From: Candidatus Moraniibacteriota bacterium
Lineage (GTDB): Bacteria > Patescibacteriota > Minisyncoccia > JAHIHE01 > JAGLIN01
DNA: 55,025 nt
Assembly: GCA_030641185.1 (NCBI GenBank)
Contig: DAOWHY010000035.1
Span: 1-55,025 of the forward strand
Direction: 5' to 3'
Positions 42,707 through 51,510 of the stretch are shown piece by piece. The stretch's first letter is position 1. Every line of letters begins with the position of its first letter. The notes below the pieces were generated by a model that did no database searches, was not told the DNA's origin, and worked only from the letters and a program-made list of their open reading frames with translations. Position numbers and translations under genes: made by a program.

Positions 42707-42736
42707 GGCTCCATAGTCCACGTAGGGCTGTGGAGC
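42707..42736. repeat. family D hairpin, inverted orientation
   Basis: GGCTCCATAGTCCACGTAGGGCTGTGGAGC. Confidence 0.75.
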
Positions 42737-42791
42737 TCAAGTGCAAACGGTTTGCATTTAAGCTATTTTAAAAAACTAAAAACAAAAAAAA

Positions 42792-44456
42792 ATGAAAAAA
42801 GAATCTTTATCAGTTATGACAGTCAAAACGCTTTTGGCTGTGGTTATTTTTACGGGGATTGGAACGATTATTATCGGCGGGGGATATATTATTGGGGAGT
42901 ATTCTAAAACGCAAAATAATAATAAAACTATTAAGATTATTGAGACTGTTGAAGAAAATCAAAAAGAGGAATTAATAATATCTTGCAAAACAGATTCGGA
43001 TTGCGAAGGTTATTTTTCGTATAATACTTGTGAAGTTTTTTGTGCTAATAAAGATGAAAAAAATCAAAAAATACTTGAGGGATTTAAGAAAAGGTGTGAT
43101 CTAACAGCATGGTTTGCGCTTCAACCTAAATGTGGATGTATTGATAATAAGTGTCAGCAAGTAGTTGGAGAAAGGTCTTATGATCTTTTAGAAAAAAAAT
43201 GTGACGGCAATAGCTGTTGCCTAGATGCTCTTGAATATATGAAAGAGAATAATTATAAGGAAACCAAACGAAGTTTTCAGCCAGAAGAAAAGCATAACTG
43301 CCCGAGTGGGTTTAAAGTAGGGAGTCTTGATTGCTATACTTTTTTGAAGTGGTGCGAGCCGGTTGAAGAAAAATATTGTTTTGACGGCCAAAATAATCGT
43401 AGAGAAATTGGAGAAATTTGGTCAGAAAGTCCGACTATATTTACAGAATGCAATGAATTCGAGAGTGTTTCAGTCAATCATGTGTTGTCTTGCGGTAAAG
43501 AAAAATTAATTATCTCGGCTGGCTATAGTTCTAATGAAAACAATATAAACAGAACTAACCCATCACTTCCTTTTTTCATCGGAACCGACCTCTCGTTAAA
43601 ATATACATGGGTTATAGACGGAAATAAATACACAAGCTCTTCTGGCGGACCGACTGGGGTTTTTGCCTCGTGCGAAAATGAAAAAGCGGCAATATTTTCT
43701 TTTGGTGGGATGGGTGAAACATATTATAAAAAAACATTTTTTGAAAATGATTATAAAACAGTAATATCTTGTCTTGATTCGTTAGCTTATTATGAAGAAG
43801 GCGGAAGAGTTTACGATGAAAATGATCCTAAAAATTTTACAATCGGCAGATTTAAAAATGGCGAAAGAGCGGGAGAGTTTAAACTGCTTGAAAATGGAAA
43901 AGAAATATGTCAGGAAATTAAAGAAAGGTATCAAGAGATAGAAGAAACTACCATTGGCACATTAAACTGGCAGATTTATCAGGATAAAAAGTTTGGATTT
44001 GAGATGAAGTGTCCGGAATATTATAATAGGTTGTTATATGATTTTAAGACTATGAAAGAAGAAGATTATAACAGTATTCATTTTTTTAGAGATATGAGCG
44101 AAGAAGAATTGAATGATTTCAAAGAAAATTATTTAATTGTCTTTGAAGAGGGTGGTACTCATTCGGGAACAGTTTTGGTGAAATCATATAATAATGAGGA
44201 AAAATTAAAAAAATGGTATGAAATTGAATCATTTGAAGATCTTGAATTTAAAGAATTCGATAATGTAGATTATTATATAGCGAACAAACTAACAAAGAAC
44301 ACTTCATCTAAAAACGAACAGTTGATAGCAGGTTATAACTATATTATCCCGCACCGTGAAATTGACAATTTATTTTTGGTCTTTGAGATACCTGAGTTTT
44401 TAAAATCAAAATTTGAAAAGGATTTTCTTCCCACTTTTAAATTCACACAAAAATAA
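42792..44456 (+). CDS. hypothetical secreted/anchored Cys-rich protein, paralog 2 of a cassette pair
   Basis: N-terminus MKKESLSVMTVKTLLAVVIFTGIGTIIIGGG. It has a Cys-rich central region, the motif WQIYQDKKFGFEMKCP, and ends PTFKFTQK. Confidence 0.6.
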   Translation: MKKESLSVMTVKTLLAVVIFTGIGTIIIGGGYIIGEYSKTQNNNKTIKIIETVEENQKEELIISCKTDSDCEGYFSYNTCEVFCANKDEKNQKILEGFKKRCDLTAWFALQPKCGCIDNKCQQVVGERSYDLLEKKCDGNSCCLDALEYMKENNYKETKRSFQPEEKHNCPSGFKVGSLDCYTFLKWCEPVEEKYCFDGQNNRREIGEIWSESPTIFTECNEFESVSVNHVLSCGKEKLIISAGYSSNENNINRTNPSLPFFIGTDLSLKYTWVIDGNKYTSSSGGPTGVFASCENEKAAIFSFGGMGETYYKKTFFENDYKTVISCLDSLAYYEEGGRVYDENDPKNFTIGRFKNGERAGEFKLLENGKEICQEIKERYQEIEETTIGTLNWQIYQDKKFGFEMKCPEYYNRLLYDFKTMKEEDYNSIHFFRDMSEEELNDFKENYLIVFEEGGTHSGTVLVKSYNNEEKLKKWYEIESFEDLEFKEFDNVDYYIANKLTKNTSSKNEQLIAGYNYIIPHREIDNLFLVFEIPEFLKSKFEKDFLPTFKFTQK

Positions 44457-44498
44457 AAAACACAAAAATAAATATTCATAATCCAAATATTATGTTAG
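44455..44498 (+). repeat. second copy of the 44-nt direct repeat
   Basis: See 42661-42704. Confidence 0.9.
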
Positions 44499-46069
44499 AC
44501 ATATTAATAAAAAATGGAACTGTGATTGATGGAACTGCGACCAAAGGAAAAATCGCTGATGTTGGGATAGAGAAAGATAAAATAACTGTTGTTGAAAAAT
44601 TAGATGATAATACTAAAGCGGCTAAAATTATAGACGCCGAAGGAATGATTGTTTGCCCCGGGTTTATTGATATCCTTGACCATTCAGACAATTTTTGGAC
44701 TTTATTTTCAATACCAAGATTAGATAGCAAAATAACACAAGGAATAACCACCATAATCGGCGGAAATTGCGGATCATCGTTGGCGCCAGTATTAGGAGAA
44801 AATTCAGTTAAAGCGATTAGCAAATGGGTTGATGTTGGTAATACTAATATAAATTGGATTAGAACCAAGGAATTCCTTAATGAAGTAGAGAAAAGAAATA
44901 TTGGAATTAATTTTGGAACTTTAGTTGGTCATGAAACATTAAGGCGTGGATTGTTAGGAGACGAGGTTAGAAGAATAACGGACGAAGAAATAAAAATGAT
45001 TGGCAGAATGCTTTCTGATAGCCTGGCGGACGGGGCCTTTGGAATGTCAACCGGACTTGTTTTTTCACATGCCAAAATGACCACAATCAGTGAAATAAAA
45101 TATTTAACAGAAATATTAAAAGCAAACGATTCTTTTTATGCCAGTCATATCAGGGGAGAAGCCGAAGAATTGCTTCCAAGCATAAATGAAACAATTCAAA
45201 TCGGAAGGGAAACCAGGGTTCCTGTTGAAATTTCACATCTAAAAGCTATCGGAGAAAGATACTGGTCTGATATGTTTCGCGCGCTGGAAATGATAAATGT
45301 CGCCAACGAAGAAAATGTTGAAATTGGTTTTGATATATATCCCTACAATACGACTGGTTCGGTTTTATATATTCTTTTACCCGATTGGGTTTCAAGGGGA
45401 GGGAGAAAAAAAATGATTTCAAGATTAAAAGATTTGGATTTACGAAATAAAATAATAAAAGAGATAAAAGAAATGAATTATGACTACGAAAATATTATAG
45501 TTTCAATTTGTCCAAAATTAAAAGAAATAGTTGGAAAGAGGATTACAGATATTGCGTCCAAACAAGAAATAAGTTCAGAAGAAGCCATAATAGAGCTTTT
45601 AATCAGCGCTAACGGGCATGTTATAGTGTTTGATAGAAAAATTTTAAGCGAAGAAAATATTGAATTGGCGCTAAAAAATCCCCATTGCATAATTTCTTCA
45701 GCTGATGCTGCCTATAATGTTGAATATATAAGAACGGGGGAAATCATTCATCCAAGATGCTTTGGAACATTCCCAAGAATTTTGGGAAGGTATGTCAGAG
45801 AGCAAAAAGTTTTAAATATAGAGGACGCTATAGAAAAAATGACTTCCAAGCCGGCTAAAAAAATAGGATTGAAAAATAGAGGAATTTTGAGAAAAGGATT
45901 TTACGCGGATGTTGTCGTTTTTGATCCTAAGTCTGTCATAGATAAAGCCGACTTTAATAACCCATATCAATATTCAGAGGGAATTGAGCAAGTGGTTATT
46001 AATGGGAAGATAGTTATAGAAAATGGGGGACATACAGGGGAGTTGGCGGGAAGGGCTTTGAGGAAATAA
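44492..46069 (+). CDS. amidohydrolase of the N-acyl-D-amino-acid deacylase (D-aminoacylase) family
   Basis: ILIKNGTVIDG, VCPGFIDILDHSD, GGNCGSS, YASHIRGE, VEISHLKA, C-terminal DVVVFDP. Confidence 0.8.
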   Translation: MLDILIKNGTVIDGTATKGKIADVGIEKDKITVVEKLDDNTKAAKIIDAEGMIVCPGFIDILDHSDNFWTLFSIPRLDSKITQGITTIIGGNCGSSLAPVLGENSVKAISKWVDVGNTNINWIRTKEFLNEVEKRNIGINFGTLVGHETLRRGLLGDEVRRITDEEIKMIGRMLSDSLADGAFGMSTGLVFSHAKMTTISEIKYLTEILKANDSFYASHIRGEAEELLPSINETIQIGRETRVPVEISHLKAIGERYWSDMFRALEMINVANEENVEIGFDIYPYNTTGSVLYILLPDWVSRGGRKKMISRLKDLDLRNKIIKEIKEMNYDYENIIVSICPKLKEIVGKRITDIASKQEISSEEAIIELLISANGHVIVFDRKILSEENIELALKNPHCIISSADAAYNVEYIRTGEIIHPRCFGTFPRILGRYVREQKVLNIEDAIEKMTSKPAKKIGLKNRGILRKGFYADVVVFDPKSVIDKADFNNPYQYSEGIEQVVINGKIVIENGGHTGELAGRALRK

Positions 46070-46072
46070 AAT

Positions 46073-46212
46073 TGTCATTGCGAGGAGCCTGAGTGGACGC
46101 AGTGAACGAGAAGGCGACGAAGCAATCCCGCAACTAAGCTCTCTGTGCGTAGTTACGGGATTGCTTCGTCATTCCACTACGCTATCGCTCCGTTCCATTC
46201 CTCGCAATGATA
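46073..46212. mobile_element. family A element, 140 bp
   Basis: TGTCATTGCGAGGAGCCTGAGTGGACGC...GACGAAGCAATCCCGCAAC ... GTTACGGGATTGCTTCGTC...CCTCGCAATGATA. Its right end supplies an upstream in-frame ATG for the tgt ORF. Confidence 0.88.
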
Positions 46213-46224
46213 GTAAAACATATT

Positions 46225-47364
46225 ATGTTCAAACTTCTCAAAAAATTCAAAAAATCTAATGCCAGATTAGGGGAATTAAAAACAAAACACGGGATTATAA
46301 AAACCCCGTGTTTTATGCCGATTGCGACTTGTGGGAGCGTGAAATCAATTGATAGCATTGAGATGGAAAAACTTGGCGCAAATATAATTCTGGGAAATAC
46401 TTATCATTTATACTTAAGACCGGGAGATAAACTAATTAAAAAATTCAGTGGGCTGCATAATTTTATGAATTGGCAAAAACCAATTTTAACGGATAGCGGT
46501 GGATATCAGGTTTTTTCTTTGGCAAAGATGAGAAAAATTACTGAGGAAGGAGTAAGCTTTCAATCTCACATTGATGGATCTCGCCATCTGCTAACTCCGG
46601 AAAAATCGATTGAGATTCAGCGAAATTTGGGAAGCGATATTATTATGGTTTTGGATGAATGCGCGCCATACCCGGCGAGTAAAAAATATATCAAAGAATC
46701 GTTAGAATTAACGACGAGATGGGCAGGTCGCTGTAAAGATTATTTTGAAAAAACACAAAGCATAAAATACAAAAGCCAAACAAAACACAAAACACAAAGA
46801 GCTTTATTATTTGGCATTGTGCAGGGCGGGATTTATAAAGACCTGCGGAAAAAATCGGCTAAACAATTATTAGAATTAAATTTTGACGGTTACGCAATCG
46901 GCGGAGTTTCGGTAGGGGAGCCGAGCGAAAAAATGTTGCAGGTTGTTGACTGGACTATGCCGTTTTTGCCGGAAGATAAGCCGAGATATTTGATGGGAGT
47001 TGGAAAACCGGAAGAAGTTGTCAGCGCTGTGGCAAGAGGGATTGATATGTTTGATTGCGTGATTCCGACAAGAAACGCGAGACATGGAACGATATATAAA
47101 TTTAAAAATAAAAGCTCAAAGTTAAAAGTTGCGGAAAAACAAAATAAAAATTTTTATGAAATTTTGCATATTACGAATGAGAAATTTAAAAGCGATAAAA
47201 AACCGATAGATAAAAACTGCCAATGTTTTACCTGCCAAAACTATTCCCGCGCGTATTTAAGGCATTTATTTGCCTCCGGCGAATTGCTCGCTTTGCGATT
47301 GGCAAGTATTCATAATATATATTTTTATTTGGAGTTGATGAAAAGGATTAGAAATTCGGTTTGA
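46225..47364 (+). CDS. tgt: queuine tRNA-ribosyltransferase
   Basis: TPCFMPIAT.GSVK, ILGNTYHLYLRPG, LTDSGGYQVFSL, VLDEC, FGIVQGG, GYAIGG.SVGE, PRYLMGVG, FDCV.PTRNARHG, Zn site C.C..C. Start set at the internal ATG because the first 6 codons of the ORF belong to repeat 46073-46212. Confidence 0.93.
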   Translation: MFKLLKKFKKSNARLGELKTKHGIIKTPCFMPIATCGSVKSIDSIEMEKLGANIILGNTYHLYLRPGDKLIKKFSGLHNFMNWQKPILTDSGGYQVFSLAKMRKITEEGVSFQSHIDGSRHLLTPEKSIEIQRNLGSDIIMVLDECAPYPASKKYIKESLELTTRWAGRCKDYFEKTQSIKYKSQTKHKTQRALLFGIVQGGIYKDLRKKSAKQLLELNFDGYAIGGVSVGEPSEKMLQVVDWTMPFLPEDKPRYLMGVGKPEEVVSAVARGIDMFDCVIPTRNARHGTIYKFKNKSSKLKVAEKQNKNFYEILHITNEKFKSDKKPIDKNCQCFTCQNYSRAYLRHLFASGELLALRLASIHNIYFYLELMKRIRNSV

Positions 47365-47372
47365 TATAGCTC

Positions 47373-47411
47373 GGTGACGGGCACCCTTTAAGGTGCCCGT
47401 CACCTTTATTT
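47373..47411 (+). terminator. strong terminator after tgt
   Basis: Perfect 13-bp stem GGTGACGGGCACC / GGTGCCCGTCACC with loop CTTTAA, then TTTATTT. Confidence 0.85.
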
Positions 47412-48119
47412 AAAAAACAAAAAAACAGGCTTTGTTGCCAGTTTGAATATAATAAAAAAGGGTAAGTTTTCTACCTTAATAATTTTCTATCAAGGTCTCA
47501 GGTATAAATCCTGAGTTGTCTTTTTTCCTAAGACTAAAGAAAACCTACCCATTTGTTAAAATCTCCTCATTGATTTTTCCTCCTTTTCAAAAAATGCCGA
47601 TCAACCTCGCTGTACTCTGTTTTGATCTTCCCCTTCGTTTGCTTGGGGGTATGGCGAGGGTTGGTTTTGGAACACAAGCGGCGTCGCTTTTATTCCTTGT
47701 CGTCAGCAATCTTCTTGAGCTTCTCCCATAACTGGGAATTTTCCTATTTTTTATTTTAAGTCTTAAAATTGATGCTGATTTTTCCGCCGATGGGCGGTTG
47801 TTCTGGTCCCTGCAGGTCCGATCCTATTGAAGCTCAATCGTAAACTGGCGGCCGAACAGCTGGGTATCAGTGGTTGGTATAATGGTTCTTACAAAAAATT
47901 TGTCTTTCATCTTTTTTCCATACTATCTACTCCTTTGGTCCTCTGCTTAACGCAGTTGTTATACATCTTGTGCATAACAAACGGACTCTTTATTTATAAA
48001 GTTTCTTTCTTAATCAACTTCAAATCAAGAAATCAACTTTATAAACCACCGTAGCACATCAAAAAGATTTGTCAAGACCTGAAGAAAGTATTAGAATGAA
48101 ACTACATTGCTCTATTATA

Positions 48120-48300
48120 TTTGGAGTATCAAACAAGCCGCAGCGAAGTTTGACTGAATAACAATAAATTACAATCTTACGATTTTTCGGTAGAACTCCG
48201 CTCCGCTTTATTCTTAAAAAGACTTAATATAAAAACAAGCAGTTTGAAGATGTGTTTTATAAATTTTAGAAAAAAGGCGGAGCTATGTTCTACACTCCAG
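48120..48300. mobile_element. family K element, about 181 bp
   Basis: TTTGGAGTATCAAACAAGCCGCAGCGAAGTTTGAC ... TCTACACTCCAG. It lies immediately upstream of the Na/Pi transporter gene. Confidence 0.7.
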
Positions 48301-48322
48301 TATATTAACAATTTATTTTTTT

Positions 48323-49936
48323 ATGAATAACCTTGAAATACTATTTCAAATAATTGGAGGAATAGCCATCTTGCTTTATGGCATTCATCTATCCGGCGTG
48401 AGCTTGCAAAAAATGCTCGGGTTTCGGCTGGAGGAAATATTGAAAAAAACAAACGAGAATCCAGTTAAGGGATTAGCGATTGGAACAGGGATCACGAGTT
48501 TAATTCAAAGCAGTGGAACAACAATGATAATGCTGATTGGATTTATCAGTGCCGGGCTTTTAACCCTGAAAGGCGCGATTCCCGTGATGCTTGGCGCGAA
48601 TATTGGCAGCACTATAACTATCCAGCTTGCATCTTTCAAATTGGGATTATACGCGCTACCAATTTTAACAACCGGCGTATTTATCCACATTTTCTCAGTT
48701 CGCAAGATCTACAAAAATTTTGGAGAGGCGCTAATCGGGTTTAGTTTCTTGTTTTTAGGAATGAACTTTATTTTTACCGGGACTCAATCATTATCTTTAA
48801 ATGAATCTGCTGTCGCGCTTATTAGCGTTATAGGATCTTCCGCATCTCTTTCAATATTTATTGCTGCCACTCTCGCAGTTGCGTTAAGAAGCAGTAGCGC
48901 TGTTTCTGTTTTTATCGTAGCGCTTGGAGTGTCTCAAATTATAGATCTTAAAGCAGCTATTTTCTTAATTTTTGGAGTAAATCTTGGTTCAAGTTTAAAA
49001 ATAATTTATTTAACTTTAACTGGAAGAGGATTTTTTGGAAGAATTGCTTTTCTAAGTTTGTTATTTAATCTATTCGGAATTTTTGTTCTCTTATTATTTT
49101 TTCAACACTTCCACTATTTAATAAGCGCTACTTCAGGAGATATCGGCAGGCAGATTGCCAACGCGCATACTTTATACAACATTATCGCCGCTTTAATATT
49201 TATTCCGTTTATTCCGTTTATCCTAAAATTGATGGATAAGTATGTGCCAATAAAAGAGTTTAAAAACAAAGAACTATTTTATCTTAACAGGAAATTACTT
49301 TATACTCCGTCTGTGGCTCTTAATCAGGTTAATAGAGCTGTAGTGGAAATGGGAAAAATTTCATACGAGATGTTGGAAGATTCTAAAGCAATACTTTTTG
49401 AGGGTAAAACGGAATTATTTAAAAAGGTTGAGGAAAATGAGGATAAGATAGACGAAATGACCGGAAAAATTTCGGAATACACAACCCAAATTTCCCAGCA
49501 AAATTTAACCAAAAAAGACGCAATGCGCCTTTATAGTTCAATGCATATTTTAACTGATACGGAACATCTTTGCGATCATATTTTAACCGTTGCTGAATTA
49601 TTGATTGATTTAAGAAATGATAAAATAGAATTTTCCGAAAAAGCTGTTCGTGAATTAACCGCTATATTTGGGAAATTAAAAATAATGCAAAATCTTGTTA
49701 TAAAATCGCTTGATGAAGATAATTTACATCTTGCTTATGAAATTATAAAACATGAAAATAAAGTTGACGAGATAGTAAAAAAAGCGCATAACAATCACAT
49801 AGAAAGAATAGATAAAGGAATGTGTCCATTGGAAAATGCTAAATATTTTTCTGAACTTCTAAATAACTTGGAGCGAATTGGAGATCATTATGATAATATC
49901 GCTTATGCTGTAGTGGACAGATTTAGATATAAGTAG
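48323..49936 (+). CDS. Na/Pi cotransporter family protein with C-terminal PhoU-like domains
   Basis: GGIAILLYGIHLSG..L, SLIQSSGTTMIML, MLGANIGSTIT, and a second repeat FGVNLGSS. The C-terminal helical region ends LERIGDHYDNIA (PhoU-like). Confidence 0.85.
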   Translation: MNNLEILFQIIGGIAILLYGIHLSGVSLQKMLGFRLEEILKKTNENPVKGLAIGTGITSLIQSSGTTMIMLIGFISAGLLTLKGAIPVMLGANIGSTITIQLASFKLGLYALPILTTGVFIHIFSVRKIYKNFGEALIGFSFLFLGMNFIFTGTQSLSLNESAVALISVIGSSASLSIFIAATLAVALRSSSAVSVFIVALGVSQIIDLKAAIFLIFGVNLGSSLKIIYLTLTGRGFFGRIAFLSLLFNLFGIFVLLLFFQHFHYLISATSGDIGRQIANAHTLYNIIAALIFIPFIPFILKLMDKYVPIKEFKNKELFYLNRKLLYTPSVALNQVNRAVVEMGKISYEMLEDSKAILFEGKTELFKKVEENEDKIDEMTGKISEYTTQISQQNLTKKDAMRLYSSMHILTDTEHLCDHILTVAELLIDLRNDKIEFSEKAVRELTAIFGKLKIMQNLVIKSLDEDNLHLAYEIIKHENKVDEIVKKAHNNHIERIDKGMCPLENAKYFSELLNNLERIGDHYDNIAYAVVDRFRYK

Positions 49937-49939
49937 AAG

Positions 49940-50098
49940 CATTTTAGCATACTAATATTTTAACATTTTAACAAAATCCCTGTTTATTTAATTTCTAAAA
50001 GTAATAATAGTATTTTAATAAATTGGATATTAGATATTTAAAAATAAGTTTGTTGAAAATTTTGTTAAAATGTTAATATGTTAAAATGTTAATATGTT
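49940..50098. repeat. inverted repeat built from TTAACATTTTAACA / TGTTAAAATGTTAA units
   Basis: Left arm 49948-49977, right arm 50059-50097. It fills the spacer before the CvpA-CAP gene. Confidence 0.75.
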
Positions 50099-50101
50099 TA
50101 T

Positions 50102-51085
50102 ATGTTAGATACTACGATTGGAAATTGGATGGACTTACTTGTAATTTTTTATTTGTTTCTTCATTTAATAAGCGGGATGAGGAGAGGACTGTTTTCTATT
50201 TTTGTAAGTCTGATTAGTTTTATCTTGGCTTTGATTATTGCTTTTTTTACTTATGCTTATAGCGCCGTTTTTTTTATTGAAAATTTTGGCATAGACAATT
50301 CCTACGCGAATGTTTTAGGATTTTTTACGAATATTTTTATTGTAAAAATTATTATTTTTTTGGTAGTTTACAAGGCGCTGTCTGGAATCGCATCCACAAT
50401 CACTAATTCATTTTTAAATCGTTTGGTCGGTGGCTTGGTTTTATTTACATACGGGATAGTTATTGTTTTTTTAATATTTTCCATCACTCTTTCTTTCTCA
50501 CTGCCTGATTTTATGAACAAAGAGATATGTTCATCTACCACTGGAAAATTTGTTGAGAGCGATCCGTTGAAATTGAATGACAGATTTAAAAACATTTTCG
50601 GCGATATTCTAAAAACGACCATAGAAAAATTTGATTTTTTGACAGTTGAAATCGGAAAAAATGAAAAAATAGATCTTAATTTTAAAATTTCTGATCTTAA
50701 AATTGATGAGCAGATGGAAATAGATATGCTTGAAATGGTCAATTACGAACGAACTTTATCCGGGCTTAGTATATTAGTTGTTGATGAAAAAGCTCGTGAG
50801 GCGGCAAGAAAGCACGGAAGGGATATGTTTGAAAATGGATATTTTTCGCACGAAGATCTTAATGGCGGAAGCCATGATGATCGCATGAAAGAAACAGGAA
50901 CCGAGTTTATGATGTCTGGCGAAAATCTTGCTTTGTCACAAGATCTTGAATCAGCGCACGAAGGATTGATGAACAGCCCGGGACATAGAAAAAATATTCT
51001 CCATCCATTTTTCCACCGCGTTGGAATTGGAGTAATTGACGGCGGGGAATACGGGATAATTTTCGTCCAAAATTTCGCGGATTAA
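50102..51085 (+). CDS. fusion of a CvpA-like membrane domain and a CAP/SCP (YkwD-like) domain
   Basis: Four N-terminal TM helices (DLLVIFYLFLHLISGMRRGLF...). C-terminus NYER...L..D..L...A..H..DM....YFSH, SGENLA, GLMNSPGHRKNIL, VGIGV. Confidence 0.75.
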   Translation: MLDTTIGNWMDLLVIFYLFLHLISGMRRGLFSIFVSLISFILALIIAFFTYAYSAVFFIENFGIDNSYANVLGFFTNIFIVKIIIFLVVYKALSGIASTITNSFLNRLVGGLVLFTYGIVIVFLIFSITLSFSLPDFMNKEICSSTTGKFVESDPLKLNDRFKNIFGDILKTTIEKFDFLTVEIGKNEKIDLNFKISDLKIDEQMEIDMLEMVNYERTLSGLSILVVDEKAREAARKHGRDMFENGYFSHEDLNGGSHDDRMKETGTEFMMSGENLALSQDLESAHEGLMNSPGHRKNILHPFFHRVGIGVIDGGEYGIIFVQNFAD

Positions 51086-51087
51086 GA

Positions 51088-51120
51088 TTAGCTTTTTAGG
51101 TTGTAGTTTGTTAGCTTTTT
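51088..51120. repeat. family J repeat
   Basis: TTAGCTTTTTAGGTTGTAGTTTGTTAGCTTTTT. Compare 23303-23340. Confidence 0.6.
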
Positions 51121-51316
51121 AAATAAAAAAAGAAGACAAAAAGTCTTCATATTGTTCGCCATGATTCTTTGCTATCATAATTAAAAAATTCGTCAATATC
51201 TAATATTTTATTTTACCATGAAAAAACATTCTTCTAAAAAATGTTCAAAAAACAAAACTGGGTTCAGAACGCCGAGTGTTTTTCGGAGTGATGTTGAAAG
51301 AAAAAATAAATCCTCT

Positions 51317-51477
51317 CGTCATTCCCGCACTGAAATAAAATTCAGCATAAACTCCGGCGGGAATCCAGTAAAGCTCAATAAATAATATTTCTCGTATAAT
51401 TTTAATAAAGTGAGACTAACTGGATCCCAGACATTTTTTTCTAAAGCTATCGCTTTATAAAAAATTCTGGGATGACA
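51317..51477. mobile_element. family C MITE-like element, about 161 bp
   Basis: CGTCATTCCCGC...GGCGGGAATCCAG ... GTGAGACTAACTGGATCCCAGACATTTTTTT ... TCTGGGATGACA. Collinear with 6005-6138. Confidence 0.88.
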
Positions 51478-51510
51478 AAACGAGAAAGTTTTAAAATAAT
51501 TTACACATAA

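Noticed and set aside
42698-42907. ORF 42698-42907 as a real gene
   Set aside because: Its ATGTTAG start is part of the duplicated 44-nt junction copied from the D-aminoacylase start. It then reads through a family D repeat and out of frame into the 5' end of the next gene.
47413-48119. tmRNA, RNase P RNA, SRP RNA or a group II intron in the G+C-rich gap
   Set aside because: I found no GAGGAAAGTCC (RNase P CR-I), no GGAA-tetraloop SRP domain IV, no tRNA-like 3' end with a CCA context and no domain V consensus. The minus-strand GCAAACGAA... string that resembles the start of a tmRNA tag does not end in a hydrophobic A-rich tag. The region is kept only as an unexplained finding.
51218-51380. 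Small basic ORF starting MKKHSSKKCSKNKTGFRTPSVF, considered as a missed ribosomal-protein-like gene
   Set aside because: It has no SD and matches no small ribosomal protein I recognise. Its 3' half is simply the translation of the family C repeat.
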